Source of the DNA: Octopus vulgaris
Lineage: Eukaryota
Length of the DNA stretch: 64,000 nt
Assembly (NCBI GenBank): GCA_951406725.2
Contig: OX597819.1
Location: forward strand, 83,328,001-83,392,000
Direction: 5' to 3'
The notes under the pieces were generated by a model, which saw only the letters and a list, made by a program, of their open reading frames with translations, made no database searches and was not told where the DNA came from. Below are positions 51,853 through 64,000 of this stretch, piece by piece; within the stretch, counting starts at the first letter, position 1, and every line of letters begins with the position of its first letter. Position numbers and translations under genes: made by a program.

Positions 51853-53068
51853 CACACATAACAGAAGTAAATAGACATCCCATAAAACATCAGTTTGTTT
51901 ATTATAACTTGTAAAGGTTTATATTTTTTTATGTTTCAGGTTCTATATGTTTAATCATGCCACATACAAAAGAAGCCTTGGAACTGTCTGAATTTCAAAG
52001 AGGCTGTATTGTGGGTCATTCTGAAGGTGGACATAGCATAAAATCACAGAAAACCTTGGGATCCCACTTTCTACAGTCAATAGAGTGATTGTGCAATTCA
52101 CCAGAGAGGGGAAGGAGTCCACATCACCTCACCCAGATTGACCAGGGCCCTCTGACAGGACCCTTCTCTTTGATAAGAGAAGTGTAGAAAACAATCCTCA
52201 TTGCAAGACCTCTGACATAGTAGAGCAAGTTGATGTCAGTCCCAGAACAGCTGTCAGGTATCTCCACAAACTTGGTTATTATGGCAGGGCAGCAAGACGA
52301 AAGCCACTTCTTCAACCAGCCAACATCAAGTTGAGTAAAGTTTTGGCCAGTGAGATGATGGAGAGACCACTAATATTTTGGGACACTGTTATATTCTCTG
52401 ATGAATACAGATTTGCTGTATTTCCTGACAGTGGTCGAGTGTTGGCCTGAAGACTCAGTGATCAAGAACGTGATGTGAAAAGATTGCAACCAACAATGAA
52501 ACATGGCAGTTATTCTGTGATGATCTGAGGAGCAATTTGGAGCAATGGTTGATCAGAGCTGGTGGAGTGTGAGGGAAACATAAACTCAGATAAATATGTG
52601 TCCATATTGCAGAAAGGACTCCTTCCAATCTTCTCTAGTGGTGAAATGATTAAAGAAGACTTTTTATTTATGGAAGATGGGGCTGCTTGTCATGGCTAAA
52701 ATGACCCAATATTTGTTGAATGAGAATGGCACTAAAAAGCTTCTATGGTCAAGCCAGTCACCAGATATGAACCTATTAAATACCTCTGGGGCATAATGGA
52801 TAGGAAACTTCATAAAAAGAACAAGAAAGCATCTTCAAAGCCAGATCTTTTGAGATTACTGCACAAAACTTGGCAAGGAATTCTGTAAGAGAATATTCGT
52901 CATCTGATCAGTAACATGCCTAATAGGGTCCTTGCATTGAAAAATGCAAAGGGCATGTCTACTAAATATTAAAAATCCACACTATAACAATTAATAAATA
53001 ATTTGAATGTATAATTTCAGATTTAAATAAATGAGTATAAGGGTGTCTATTTACTTCTGTCATGTCTG
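51853..53068 (+). mobile_element. Full-length decayed Tc1 element
   Basis: TIRs caSacatRacagaagtaaatagaca. Transposase 51957-52972: ELSEFQRG.IVG, RKPLL, VIFSDE, KHG..VM.WG, FMEDGA.CH, W.SQSPDMN, NAKG..TKY*; several stops. Confidence 0.88.
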
Positions 53069-53082
53069 TATATGTGTATGCG

Positions 53083-53141
<59 letters not shown>

Positions 53142-54760
53142 AAATGAGATGACAAAGAAATAAATGATTATCTTATGAACTTCATTAGCACACACTCATA
53201 CTACACACACACACACACACACACACTCACACACACACACACACATATACGGATGTGTCTATAAGTTAGTATAGTTAATTATGTTTATGTAGATAAATGT
53301 GTGCCTGGAATTAATGATGGGGTTAGAAGCTGTGGCTAATGGAATAATGGAAACAAGTAATTAATTGAATTTGAATCCAAGGTTGAAATACATTTCTTTG
53401 CTATTAATAGCAGCTTGTTACTGAATCTTAAAACCAGAGAAAATATATGGGACATAAAATACAAAATCTAGAGGGAGAGAAAATTAGATGGTATGAAAAC
53501 ATGGCAAATGAAAATGAGGGTTACAGGAGATAATGAAGGGGGAAATTTTGAACAGGTATGGAGATCTGAATATGTGTCCGAGTGATAGTGGGGGTGAGGC
53601 AGAGGATTTGTGATATATTTGTTTATTATTCATCATACGTGTGTGTGTATGTATCTATATGTTTGTATAGCTAATTGTGGGTGAGTGAATGTGTGCATGT
53701 GCATGCATGTATTTGAGTGGCTGTGTGGAATATAGTGGAAGTTATTAAGGATAGCTAATTGAATAATGGAATCGAGTAAATAATTATAATTAAACTCGAA
53801 ATGTGTGTGTGTGTGTGTAGCTAGCTAGCTTGATAGACAGACAGACAAACAGATAGATAGGATGGATGGATATTGTTTATAATATCAGCTAATGGTAGCT
53901 CGCCTCTTGGAATCTTAAACCTAAGGTTCAAATGCCTGGGTTTGTATGAAATGAACAATATATAATGGTTCGATGTGAGTGGAGAAAAACACGAAAAAGA
54001 CTCAGTAAAGGGATTTTAAATAAGTGTGGAAATATAAATGTGTGTGTAATGAAGGAGAGAAGTGTGTTCTACCATAACTCTGGGCCAACCAATACCTTGT
54101 GAGGAAATTTGGTAGACTAACATTGAAAGAAGCCAAATGTGTGTGTGTGTGCATGCGCATGTATGTGTGTGAATTTTTCCAATACTAAACTGACCTATGG
54201 CTCTTGACAGTGATGTTACCGTTCTTGGGTGCAATACAACTGGTGATGTTTGTTGACATTTCTTATCAACAAATCATCCACAAGGTTTATGCTTCTGAAT
54301 TACCCTGGAATAAAAATCCTTTATTTGAAAAACAGGTAAAGGTTGACAACATGAAGTGCTTCTAGCTGCCAAAATCTTGTCTCGTTTTTTTCTCATCAAA
54401 GACATGCAAGCATAAAAAAGACCTTGTCCATCCCTCATGAATTCTGACATTTAAATTCTAGTTTTGAGGTTCAAATGAAAACAAAACAATAGACACAAAT
54501 AAATGGGAACTTGAATAACTTCATGAAGAAATAAGTGTGCCTAGAGATAAATTTATGCACAAATATATACATACATGCATATATACACAAGTGTATATAT
54601 GAGAAAGTAGATGATACATACATGTAGACACATATACATGCAAATATGCAAGAAAACTTATAAGTACCCATATTTGTATAATAATATATAATCAACCACT
54701 ACAGTGTCCAGTCTTTGTTGTGGTATGATGGTTTGTGTGCCTCAGTGGCAGAGATATTTA

Positions 54761-56068
54761 CAAAGTGGTATCAAAAATTTCCTGGACTAGTTCTGTAGTG
54801 CACCAAGAGATGATAGCACACAGCTGCACGTGCAGTGACAGCCAGCAATGACCTTCATAATCCAGTGTGCTAAGTGACATCACTGTGTTTATTTTGCAAG
54901 TTGTGAAATTTGTGTTTTTGTGATCACGTGTATGCTGTAGTCTGTGATTTTGTCTTGGACAGGAACAAAGAGCCAACGTGAAATTTTGCAATAAACTTGC
55001 GAAGTCTGCTACAGAGACTTTGAACATGCTTCAATAAGCTTACAGTGATGTGACAATGGGTTGTACACAATGTTTTGAGTGGCACAGTTGCTTGAAAAGC
55101 AGAAGAGTGTCCCTGGAAGGCAGTAAATAACCTGGAAGAACTGCCACAGGTGTCACCCCCAAAAATGTAGTATTTACTTTTCTACTCTTTTACTTGTTTC
55201 AGTCATTTGACTGCAGTATGCTGGAGCACCACCTTTAGTCGAGCAAATCAACCCCAGGACTTATTCTTTGTAAGCTTAGTAATTATTTTATTGGTCTCTT
55301 TTGCCAAACAGCTAAGTTACGGGGATGCAAACACACCAGCATTGGTTATCAAGCGATGTTGGAGTGACAAACACACACACACACATATATATATATAAAT
55401 ATATACGACGGACTTCTTTCAGTTTCCGTCTACCAAATCCACTCAAAAGGCTTTGGTCGGCCCAAGGCTATAGTAGAAGACACTTGCCCAAGGTGCCACG
55501 CAGTGGGACTGAACCCGGAATCATGTGGTTGGTAAGCAAGTTACTTACCACACAGCCACTCCTACACTTATATTGTGCATTGAGAATTCATCCTCCAGAG
55601 CCAGACCATCAAACAAGAGTTCTACTGCAATGTTTTGAAGCATTTGAGTGGGGACACTCAACAAAAGCAACTGGATCTATGGAGCATGAAAAATTGGATC
55701 TTCATAATGACAATGCACCCTGTCACTGAAACTCATGAGTTTCTCGCTAAAAACGACATGGTATCACTTCTGCACCCACCCTATTCACCCAATTTAGCAC
55801 CAACAGACTTCTATCTCTTTCCCAAGATGAAAATGCAGCTCAAAAGTCACTGTTTTAACACCTTTTTTGAGATCAAGAGTGAATTACAGAAGGTTCTCAG
55901 CTCATTTACAGAAAACAACTTCCACGCTGGATTCCAAAAGTGGCAGGAATGCCAGGACCAGTGTATTACTGCATCAGGTGACTATTCCAAAGAAGATGAT
56001 GTTAAAACTTTAGTAAATAAGATATTTTTTATTAAACATAACTAGTCTGAGAACTTTTTGGTACATTG
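54761..56068 (+). mobile_element. Internally deleted mariner element interrupted by SINE B
   Basis: Imperfect TIRs with TA flanks; EQRANVKFC.KL.KSATET.. and HNDNAPCH..HPPYSPNLAPTDFYLFPKMK. Confidence 0.82.
55178..55565 (-). mobile_element. SINE family B
   Basis: Reverse complement of the 12805-13225 consensus. Confidence 0.8.
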
Positions 56069-56074
56069 TATGCC

Positions 56075-56350
56075 AATGGAGAACAAGCTCCTGGTAGGAC
56101 ATCCCATGCCAGACAGGTCAAAGGATAGAAACCAGACATACGGACCAGCTCTTCCCAGAGATAAAAAATGGTTTGCATCAGACCAACACCCCTACCTAGA
56201 AAACTTCTGTTACAGAAGCCTTGATGATAATTCAAAATCAACAAGATCTGGGAGAGGAAGCAGAAAAGATAACCCAGAGTGAAGAACAACAGAGAAAGGT
56301 CATTGATGGTCTATGCCGCATAGAGAGTGAAGAGCCAAAGTAAGTAATGA
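56075..56350 (+). mobile_element. RTE-derived short element, (TAAG)n tail
   Basis: Ends gatggtctatgccgcatagagagtgaagagccaaagtaagtaa, resembling an RTE 3' terminus. Confidence 0.45.
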
Positions 56351-56387
56351 ACACTCAGGCATGGACACAATTCATATATGGGTACAG

Positions 56388-56800
56388 TCAGAGCTGTGTG
56401 GTAAGAAGCTTACTTCCCAAACACATAGGTCCAGGTTCAGTCTCACTGCATGGCACCTTGGGCAAGTGTCTCAGGCCATCCAAAGCCTTGTGAGTGGATC
56501 TGGTAAACAGAAACTGGAAAAAGCTCATCGTATGTATATAGGTATATGTATGTATATATGTGTGTGTGTATGTGTCTGTGTGTGGCTGTGTCTGTTTGTC
56601 CCCTCCTGCCATCACTTGACAACTAATGTTGGTGTGTTTATGTCCCAGTAACTTCACAGTTTGGCAAAGACAAGTGATAGAATAAGTACTCGGCTTACAA
56701 TGAATAAGTCCTGGGGCCAATTTCTTTTACTAAAACCCTTTAAAGTGATGCTCCAGCACAGCCACAGTCAAATGACTGAAACAAGTAAAAGAATAAAAGA
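56388..56800 (+). mobile_element. SINE family B, decayed
   Basis: Head, CORE-like block and cagtcaaatgactg tail are present. Confidence 0.8.
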
Positions 56801-57389
56801 ATATACAGAAGTGTGTGTATGTGTGTGCACGTTTAAAATAATTGGCTAGGAATTCTTATATGTACAGGAAACACATAAAATACAAGTACACAACAGCACT
56901 TATGTGGGCTATAAAACAGGTGCAGCTATCAGCATGTATGCATTTTAATGGATCTCTTTTCAATTAATTACTCATTTCCATCATTATCCTATTAGCCACC
57001 CCTTCCAGCCCTACTACATTCCAAACAGATAGACACTCACACATACAGACAAACTCACATTCACCCACACACATCATTAACTATATTAACTTACAGAGGC
57101 ACCTGCACACACACACACACAAACAAACACACTATGACCACTACTCCTTCCTTCCCACTCAAATACACACACATACACACAATAAAACATACAGCCATAT
57201 AAGCATACTCATACTACACTTCCAAATGAAATACATCAAAACCTCAGTGCAAATTTAAAAACAAAGAAAGGAGTGGTTGTGTGGTAAGAAGCTTACTTCC
57301 AAGCCACATGGTTCTGGATTCAGTCCCACTGTGTGGCACCTTGTATATATATATATATATATGTATGTATGTGCATGGGTGCGTGTGTG

Positions 57390-57432
<43 letters not shown>

Positions 57433-57455
57433 ATATATGTATATATATGTATACT

Positions 57456-57860
57456 CTTTACTCTTTTACTTGTTTCAGTCATTTGACTGCGGCCATGCTG
57501 GAGCACCGCCTTTAGTCGAGCAACTCGACCCCGGGACTTATTCTTTTGTAAGCCCAGTACTTATTCTATCGGTGTCTTTTGCCGAACCGCTAAGTGACGG
57601 GGACGTAAACACACCAGCATCGGTTGTCAAGCAATGCTAGGGGGACAAACACAGACACACAAACACACACACACATACATATATATATACATATATACGA
57701 CGAGCTTCTTTCAGTTTCCGTCTACCAAATCCACTCACAAGGCATTGGTCGGCCCAGGGCTATAGCAGAAGACACTTGCCCAAGATGCCGCGCAGTGGGA
57801 CCGAACCCGGAACCATGTGGTTGGTTAGCAAGCTACTTACCACACAGCCACTCCTGCGCC
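57456..57860 (-). mobile_element. SINE family B, young copy
   Basis: Near-identical reverse complement of 12805-13225. Confidence 0.88.
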
Positions 57861-57944
57861 TATTTGTATATATTTTTATTTTTATTTTATTCTATCTAGT
57901 TTCAGCTCACGAGCTGTGGCCATGCTGGGGCATCGCCATTTAAT

Positions 57945-58043
57945 AAATATGGAACGCTTCACGAATTTGCATGTCATCCTTGCACAGGGGCCATGCTAAT
58001 CTTTCTGTATCGTTCCAATTTTAGTATATGTACTGCCGAAGCA

Positions 58044-58044
<1 letters not shown>
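57945..58044 (-). pseudogene. U6: U6 snRNA retro-pseudogene
   Basis: Reverse complement is ctgcttcggcagtacatatactaaaattggaacgatacagaaagattagcatggcccctgtgcaaggatgacatgcaaattcgtgaagcgttccatattt. It has a G deleted in the ACAGAGA box and two CpG->TpG changes, and a (TA)n tract rather than a promoter upstream. Confidence 0.93.
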
Positions 58045-58075
<31 letters not shown>

Positions 58076-58912
58076 TTTGATACTTTGATACTTTGATAGG
58101 TTTCGGCCATTATTGGCCCAGGCCATGTCTAACTTAATAGCACCACATACATACATACATACATACATGTATATATATATATACAAATATATGTATGTAT
58201 ATACATATATATATATATACATATACATATATATATTACTCTTTTCTCTCATCAATAAATCAATAAATGTGTGTGTGTGTGTATGTATGTATGTGTGTGT
58301 ATCTTTGTCTTGATATTGTACAATAGTTGTAAATGACCCTTGCCATCAGACAAGAATGCCATTTCCAATGTAAAAACATATCTAGCCATGAGGGAAATAC
58401 TACTTTGCTAGAAAACATGAAAGTTGGCCAAAGGAATGGTATCTGGCTGTAGAGATTACAGAGATTAAAAATAATCATGGTTTTGAAGAATTTACTTTGT
58501 ATTACCTCGAGATACAGTAACCTGTAGTATAATAATGAGAGAGAGAGAGCGGGGGGACCAGCCAGTAACTTAATTTTAATGAGGCTATATTGGCTCACAA
58601 CCTTAAAAATTATCCTGTTGAAATAAACAAGCTTTGACTGAAAGCAGGAATGCGAGATACAAGATATAGGGCACTGGTATCTAAAACAATCAAGCAATGT
58701 GATGCGTCACTATTCTAATCAGAGGGAGCTTCAACTGTGAAGGGGCGTCCAGTAAGCTGGCAAAAACAGTATATTGTAATTAATAATTTAGTCTTAAAAA
58801 GTGTGAAAATGTATATATTGCCACAGAAAAAGCCATAAAAAATCAGTCAATATTTACGATTCTGCAAACAACCGGGACTACAAATGCTGAACCGCAAATA
58901 AGTAAGGGTATA

Positions 58913-58952
<40 letters not shown>

Positions 58953-59164
58953 CTAAAAATTTATCTTACTATTTTTATTCGTTGTTACTACGTTTATTCA
59001 TACATTGTTACGAAAATTTAACCTTTTAGGCTACTTTCAAGCCTTCGCCATAACTTGATTTATCTTTCCTATCTCTCTCTCTACAAAATTTAACCTTAGG
59101 CTACCTCAAGCCGTAATCCCATCTCTTCCCATCTTTCCGCCATTGGCGGTGCGCCCGCCCCCCA

Positions 59165-59350
59165 CCCCCACCACCAATACCGATGAACACTGTTCTCACC
59201 CCCACCACCAATACCGGTGAACACTGTTCTCACCGCCACCACCACCACCAATACCGGTGAACACTGTTCTCACCGCCACCACCACCACCAATACCGGTGA
59301 ACACTGTTCTCACCCCCCACCACCAATACCAGTATACCCTGTTCTCACCA
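59165..59350. repeat. Minisatellite, 33-39 bp unit (ccaccaccaataccggtgaacactgttctcacc)
   Basis: About 4.5 tandem copies visible. Confidence 0.85.
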
Positions 59351-59867
59351 TCTACACCGGATACGCCTTACTCATCTACACCGTGTACGCCCTACTCCCT
59401 CCTCCTCCCCCACTACCCCTTCTCCTCATATGCTTTCACTGTGAAAAGACAAGCTGCTAGCGCCATAGCTCATCAACTGCCCACCGATCTTACGCTTCGT
59501 CCTGACACTGCCTCATTCCGACCATCCCCTTTAGTACCCTCCCGCCTCGTAATATCCTACGTTTTTATTTCTTAGGAACCTACACCAACCCTTCCTGCCA
59601 TCGTTCCTCCTTACCCCAACCTTCCCCACTGGTTGCTCCCCTATATTACCCGCCTCAACTGGACCCCCCCTCCCCAACTCAACTCTAGAATATCTGTATT
59701 TCTTTCCTCTACCTAATTACGTTACTCAGTGACGATAAATGCTGTGACTACAAAGACCCGGGCTGCTTTCTGCAGCAATTCCACATACCCCCTACCCATT
59801 CTAAGTACCCTGGATCCCCAAAGTACCCCGATCCCCAAAGTACCCCGGACCTCGTTGCCCCCGTGCC

Positions 59868-60110
59868 GCTGACACGTTAAAATGCTCGAACCGATCGTGA
59901 CGATGCCGGACCCTCCAGCCCCTGTGCAGGTGGCACGTAAAAAGCACCCAATCCACTCACGGAGTGGTTGGCGTTAGGAAGGGCATCCAGCCGTAGAAAC
60001 TCTGCCAGATTCAGACTGGAGCCTGGTGCGGCCCCTGGCTTCCCAGACCCGGTCAAACCGTCCAACCCGTGCTAGCGCGGAAAGCGGACGTTAAACGATG
60101 ATGATGATGA
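59868..60110 (+). mobile_element. Retroposon 3' fragment family C
   Basis: Same as 28825-29068, with (GAT)n tail. Confidence 0.78.
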
Positions 60111-60239
60111 TTGATGATATATATATATATACATATGTATGTGTTTGTATGTCTGTGTTTATCCCCACCACCATCGCTTGACAACTGATGCTGGTGTGTT
60201 TACATCCCCGTAACTTAGTGGTTCAGCAAAAGAGACCAC

Positions 60240-61010
60240 AACTTTTCTCTCAAGCTACTTACACTCTGTCAAGTATGCACACTGACGTTACACATCCATC
60301 GGAGCATACTGGCTTCATTCCTTGCAAGCTTCATTCCTCAGCAGTTATAGCCCATGTTTCACTGCCATGTAGCATGGCTGTTCATGCACATGTGTCATAC
60401 AGTCTACCTTTTACTCTGAACAAGAGGCGCTTTGGAACCAGCAGAGGTAAAAGCTCTCTGAACTTTTCCCAGGCTATTCTTATTCTAGCAGCTACACTTT
60501 CAGAGCACCCCCAACCCCCGCTACTGACTTGGTCACCTGGGTAATGAAAACTATCAACTACTTCTAGTTTTTCTCCCTGAAATATGGCAGAAGTTGTTCT
60601 CTGCACATTTTCAGTGTTTATTGCTCCTGAGCATCTGCCACATAGAAAAATTATCTTCCCAGTTAGCCTGCTTTTGATATTGCTGCACCTCTTATGTGTC
60701 CATAGCTTACACTGGGTACATCTTATAGAGTTTGTACCTATGCCTTTTCTACAGATCGAGCAGGGCCATCTACATGAAGGGATTTGTGGTCTGTCTGCTT
60801 TCTATTTATTAGGACTTTGGTTTTAGCTAGGTTGACTCTAAGGCCCTTCAATTCTTATCCTTGTTTCCACACCTGAAACTTCTCCTCTAGTTCTGCTAGT
60901 TACTCAGCAATTAGAGCAAAGTCGTCAGCATAGGGGAGCTCCCTGGGGCATCCTGTCTTGAATTCCTCTGTTATTGCCTGGAGGACTATGATATATAGGA
61001 GGAGCCTGAT
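60240..61010 (-). mobile_element. RTE-type LINE RT fragment with an embedded PHD-like finger
   Basis: ELPYADDFAL..GLRVN..KTKV..WPCSICRKGIG.NSIRC.QC..W.HKRCS...FLC.RC..EVVDSF.Y.G...ARI..AW.KFREL..LHGSETW. Confidence 0.82.
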
Positions 61011-61744
61011 GACTCATCTCTTAAATATAGAACTGTATTAGTCTCCTTTCAGTTTCCATCTACCAAATCCTCTTACAAAGCTTAATTAGCTTGGGTTACA
61101 GGAAAAAACACTTGCCAAAGACGCCATACAACAGGACTGACTCGGAAATCACATGGTTATGAAATGAACGTCTAACTGGCTCAGCCATCCCTACATCTTT
61201 ATTTACAACAGTTAAACCAGGCAATTTAGTATACTTAAATAACTTTGTGCAAATTGAAGGATAATTCAGGATAATTGTACATATTTGCACTTATTTCCAT
61301 TGGCTAAAAAGACATGATGCAGGATTGGATATACTTTCATATAAAGATTTTTAAAGTATTTTATCTGTAAGACAAGTGTAGGATACAGTAAAATGATAAG
61401 TGTAAGATTATTTCCAACAATGGAGAGTTTGTCATAATTTTTCAATATCTCCTTTTCAAGTTGTAGTTAGATTTTTTATGGTAGATCCAATATCTGAAAG
61501 CAGTTTTATAAAGAGCCATATTAAACAGATGGTGAAAGCCATTTCAGAAAGTGAACACTGGCTACCACAGTGAAGTCAGCAAACTTGCTGAATCATCACC
61601 ATACCAAACAAATATTTAGCTGCATTCCTTCCAGCTTTGTGTTCTGAGTTCAAATTATGCCAAGGTCGACTTTGCCTTTCATCCTTCTGAGGTCAATATA
61701 ATTTCAAGCCTTGTGCCTATAGTAGAAAGTATTATCATTATTAT

Positions 61745-62195
61745 TATTGAGTGAGAGAGCAGTGCATGCCATCAAGATGACACTGGGGTACAAATATACG
61801 AATCCTAATATACTCATCATGACTACCTGTCTGATAAGGGTACATCAGGCACATGCATCATAACCATATGTCTGCGACATGGTGATTTCATATTAAGATA
61901 AACTGCACATGACCTTGCCGGTTGGGCCCAGTCGAATTGCCCATCCTGCTCAAAAGGTCCCTGAATAAGGTTTGTTTTAAGGATGATGAACAAAACACCC
62001 ATGTTTCTAGAGGTGAATTATTCAAACCCCAAAGAATTTCTCTCAACACATGGTTATGATGCTTCTCCACTACTTCTGCTCATGATCAGCAATGCACATA
62101 TTGTTTGCCCACTAAGGGACATGCTCAACAGGTTAAAGTCAAGCAACTGACAAGCAAATTTGTGGTATTGAGCAGAATATTTGCTGTAGCCCATT
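61745..62195 (-). repeat. Dispersed repeat family E in (TTA)n
   Basis: Reverse complement of 22805-23160; partial copy at 62600-62735. Confidence 0.7.
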
Positions 62196-62394
62196 AGTAT
62201 GCCGGGTGAAAGGCTTAGTAGTATTTCGTCTGCTGCTATGTTCTGTGTTCAAATTCTGCTTAGGTCAGTTTTACCTTTCATCCTTTCAGAGTCAATAAAT
62301 TAAGTACCAGTTGAGTACTGGGGTCAATGTAATCGACTATTTCAGGCCTTGTGCCTATTGTAAGAAGGATTATTATTATCATTATTATTATTAT

Positions 62395-62580
62395 TGTCTT
62401 TGCACAGCTTCTAATGCCAGTGATGTACTATGGTGTCAGCTGTTCACTACCAGTGAACTAAGGTACCACCCCTTATTTTTTGAGCACCATCCAGAGAATT
62501 CAAGCAGTCCCAATCAGTGCTCTTTTCTACAAGTGCTCAACCCTTATTGCAGCTCCTATTTGTTCCATGTACTTCTCATT
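62395..62580 (-). mobile_element. R4/Dong LINE extreme 3' end flanked by (TTA)n
   Basis: Reverse complement encodes EHL*KRALIGTA*ILWMVL (LQK.ALLGTARILR.VL motif). Confidence 0.7.
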
Positions 62581-63835
62581 ATTATTATTTTTATTATTAT
62601 TATTGAGTGAGAGAGCAGTGCATGCCATCAAAGTGACACTGAAGTACAAATATAGGAAGCCCAATATACCCATCATGACTACCTGTCTGATAAGGGTACA
62701 CCAGACACATGTATCATAACCATATGTGCGCGACCTACTGATCTTATATAAAGGTGCCATGCAGTGGAACTGAACCCAGAACCATGTGGTTCATAAGCAA
62801 GCTACTTACCACACAGCCACTCCTACGCCTATATATATTTACAAACTACAATTTTCAATTATGTTGCTTCAATAAATTGTTATGTCTTGATCTACATTAG
62901 TTAAATGTACCAATCCTATCCAATTTTTGCTTTGTTACAATAGCTTTTCAGAGATGCACTTGTTTGGGCAGTGACTCCAGTTAAAATGACTTCCACTAAA
63001 TAATTGTTTCAATAAGCTATGAAACTTGTAAACATGCATCTTTTAAACAGTAACTAATTAATATGAAAATGGGTGTAGCAACTAATATCCAGATATCCAG
63101 ATAGAACAAATGGACTAATGTACTTTGTCTATTCCTTTCTGATCTATCTTATGACAAGTTATATGACAAAAGATATTATACACTCATCTCTTATCAGAGA
63201 AAGCCATATAGTTATTTATAACATCACAGAAAATCAATATAACACACTGTGGAATATATAAATTTCCTCATAAGACATGCAAGCATAAATAATCATTTAG
63301 TGTATAAACTCTATTCTATTGATTTATGTATATAAGCATATATACAACATATGCATGAAGAACACACACACTCACATACATGCACACACATATACATTTC
63401 GTATTCGGGCATGCATACAAAAATCTGATTGTATATTTGATGTTTAGTTTTTGTAGAACTAAATACATGTATTGTATATAAGAAACGGAATGTTTTGGAT
63501 ATAGTAAAACTATACAGGTTATATAAATATGTATATTTGATGTATACTAGTTTATATATATTTACACCGAAATACCCACCAACATACACACAGACACACA
63601 CACTATGGGTGTATATTTGATAAATGAATTTGGTTATTTTACTACAACATTTACTAATGTTGTATGGTAAATGAAAAAAATATAATTTCAGATATACAAT
63701 TTTCCTCTCTCAAATGCTCTATGTTTATTTTACAAGGATTTACAGCAACAAAACTACAAAGAGCAAGGCAGTTTTCTAACAGCTATAAGCTGGAAAACTT
63801 TTTGAGTTTATACTATGATGTATGTTGCTAATTGT

Positions 63836-64000
63836 AAGAGAGGGTGCTGAAAAGTTCCAGGCTTTAAGGGTGTTGCAAAAGGCCTGGTAGGAGGCCAACC
63901 CTTCTGAGTTCTTTTACAGGGCTTACAAAAACTGAAGGGCTGCTGCAATACATGTGTGAATGTGAGAGGGGAATATCTTGAATGAAGTCATAATTAACTG
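63836..64000 (+). mobile_element. mariner-derived deleted element, runs off the window
   Basis: TIR-like gagagggtgctgaaaagttcc fused to GLQKL..CC..CV..RGEYLE*. Confidence 0.6.

Noticed and set aside
57945-58044. Functional U6 gene
   Set aside because: The ACAGAGA box is broken, CpGs have decayed, there is no upstream promoter, and a retroposon tail is attached.
59165-59350. Regularly spaced repeat resembling a CRISPR array
   Set aside because: There are no unique spacers or cas genes and the context is eukaryotic; it is a minisatellite.

Overview
AT-rich, repeat-dominated animal DNA. The SINE families and microsatellite load look like an octopus (coleoid cephalopod) genome; this is inferred from recalled repeat families, not from a search. 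There is one host gene, a 5-exon GPATCH3 orthologue on the minus strand (CDS 43946->27233, 606 aa, all introns GT-AG with matching phases). The rest is microsatellites, at least four SINE-like families, decayed LINEs (RTE, R4/Dong, CR1, L1/Tx1), Penelope-like elements with hammerhead-like pseudo-LTRs, Helitrons, a Gypsy/Ginger integrase, Tc1/mariner/pogo remnants and several MITEs. The best leads are: (1) a U6 snRNA copy fused to a retroposon 3' tail; (2) a MITE carrying a phased heat-shock-element array, TATA box and Inr-like motif, antisense in GPATCH3 intron 1; (3) a covarying, possibly pseudoknotted RTE 5' leader present in two diverged copies (candidate ribozyme); (4) an old ~2.6 kb palindrome with four decayed hammerhead motifs in GPATCH3 intron 3; (5) an RTE with twin-priming-type 5' inversion. 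Boundaries of decayed repeats are approximate.
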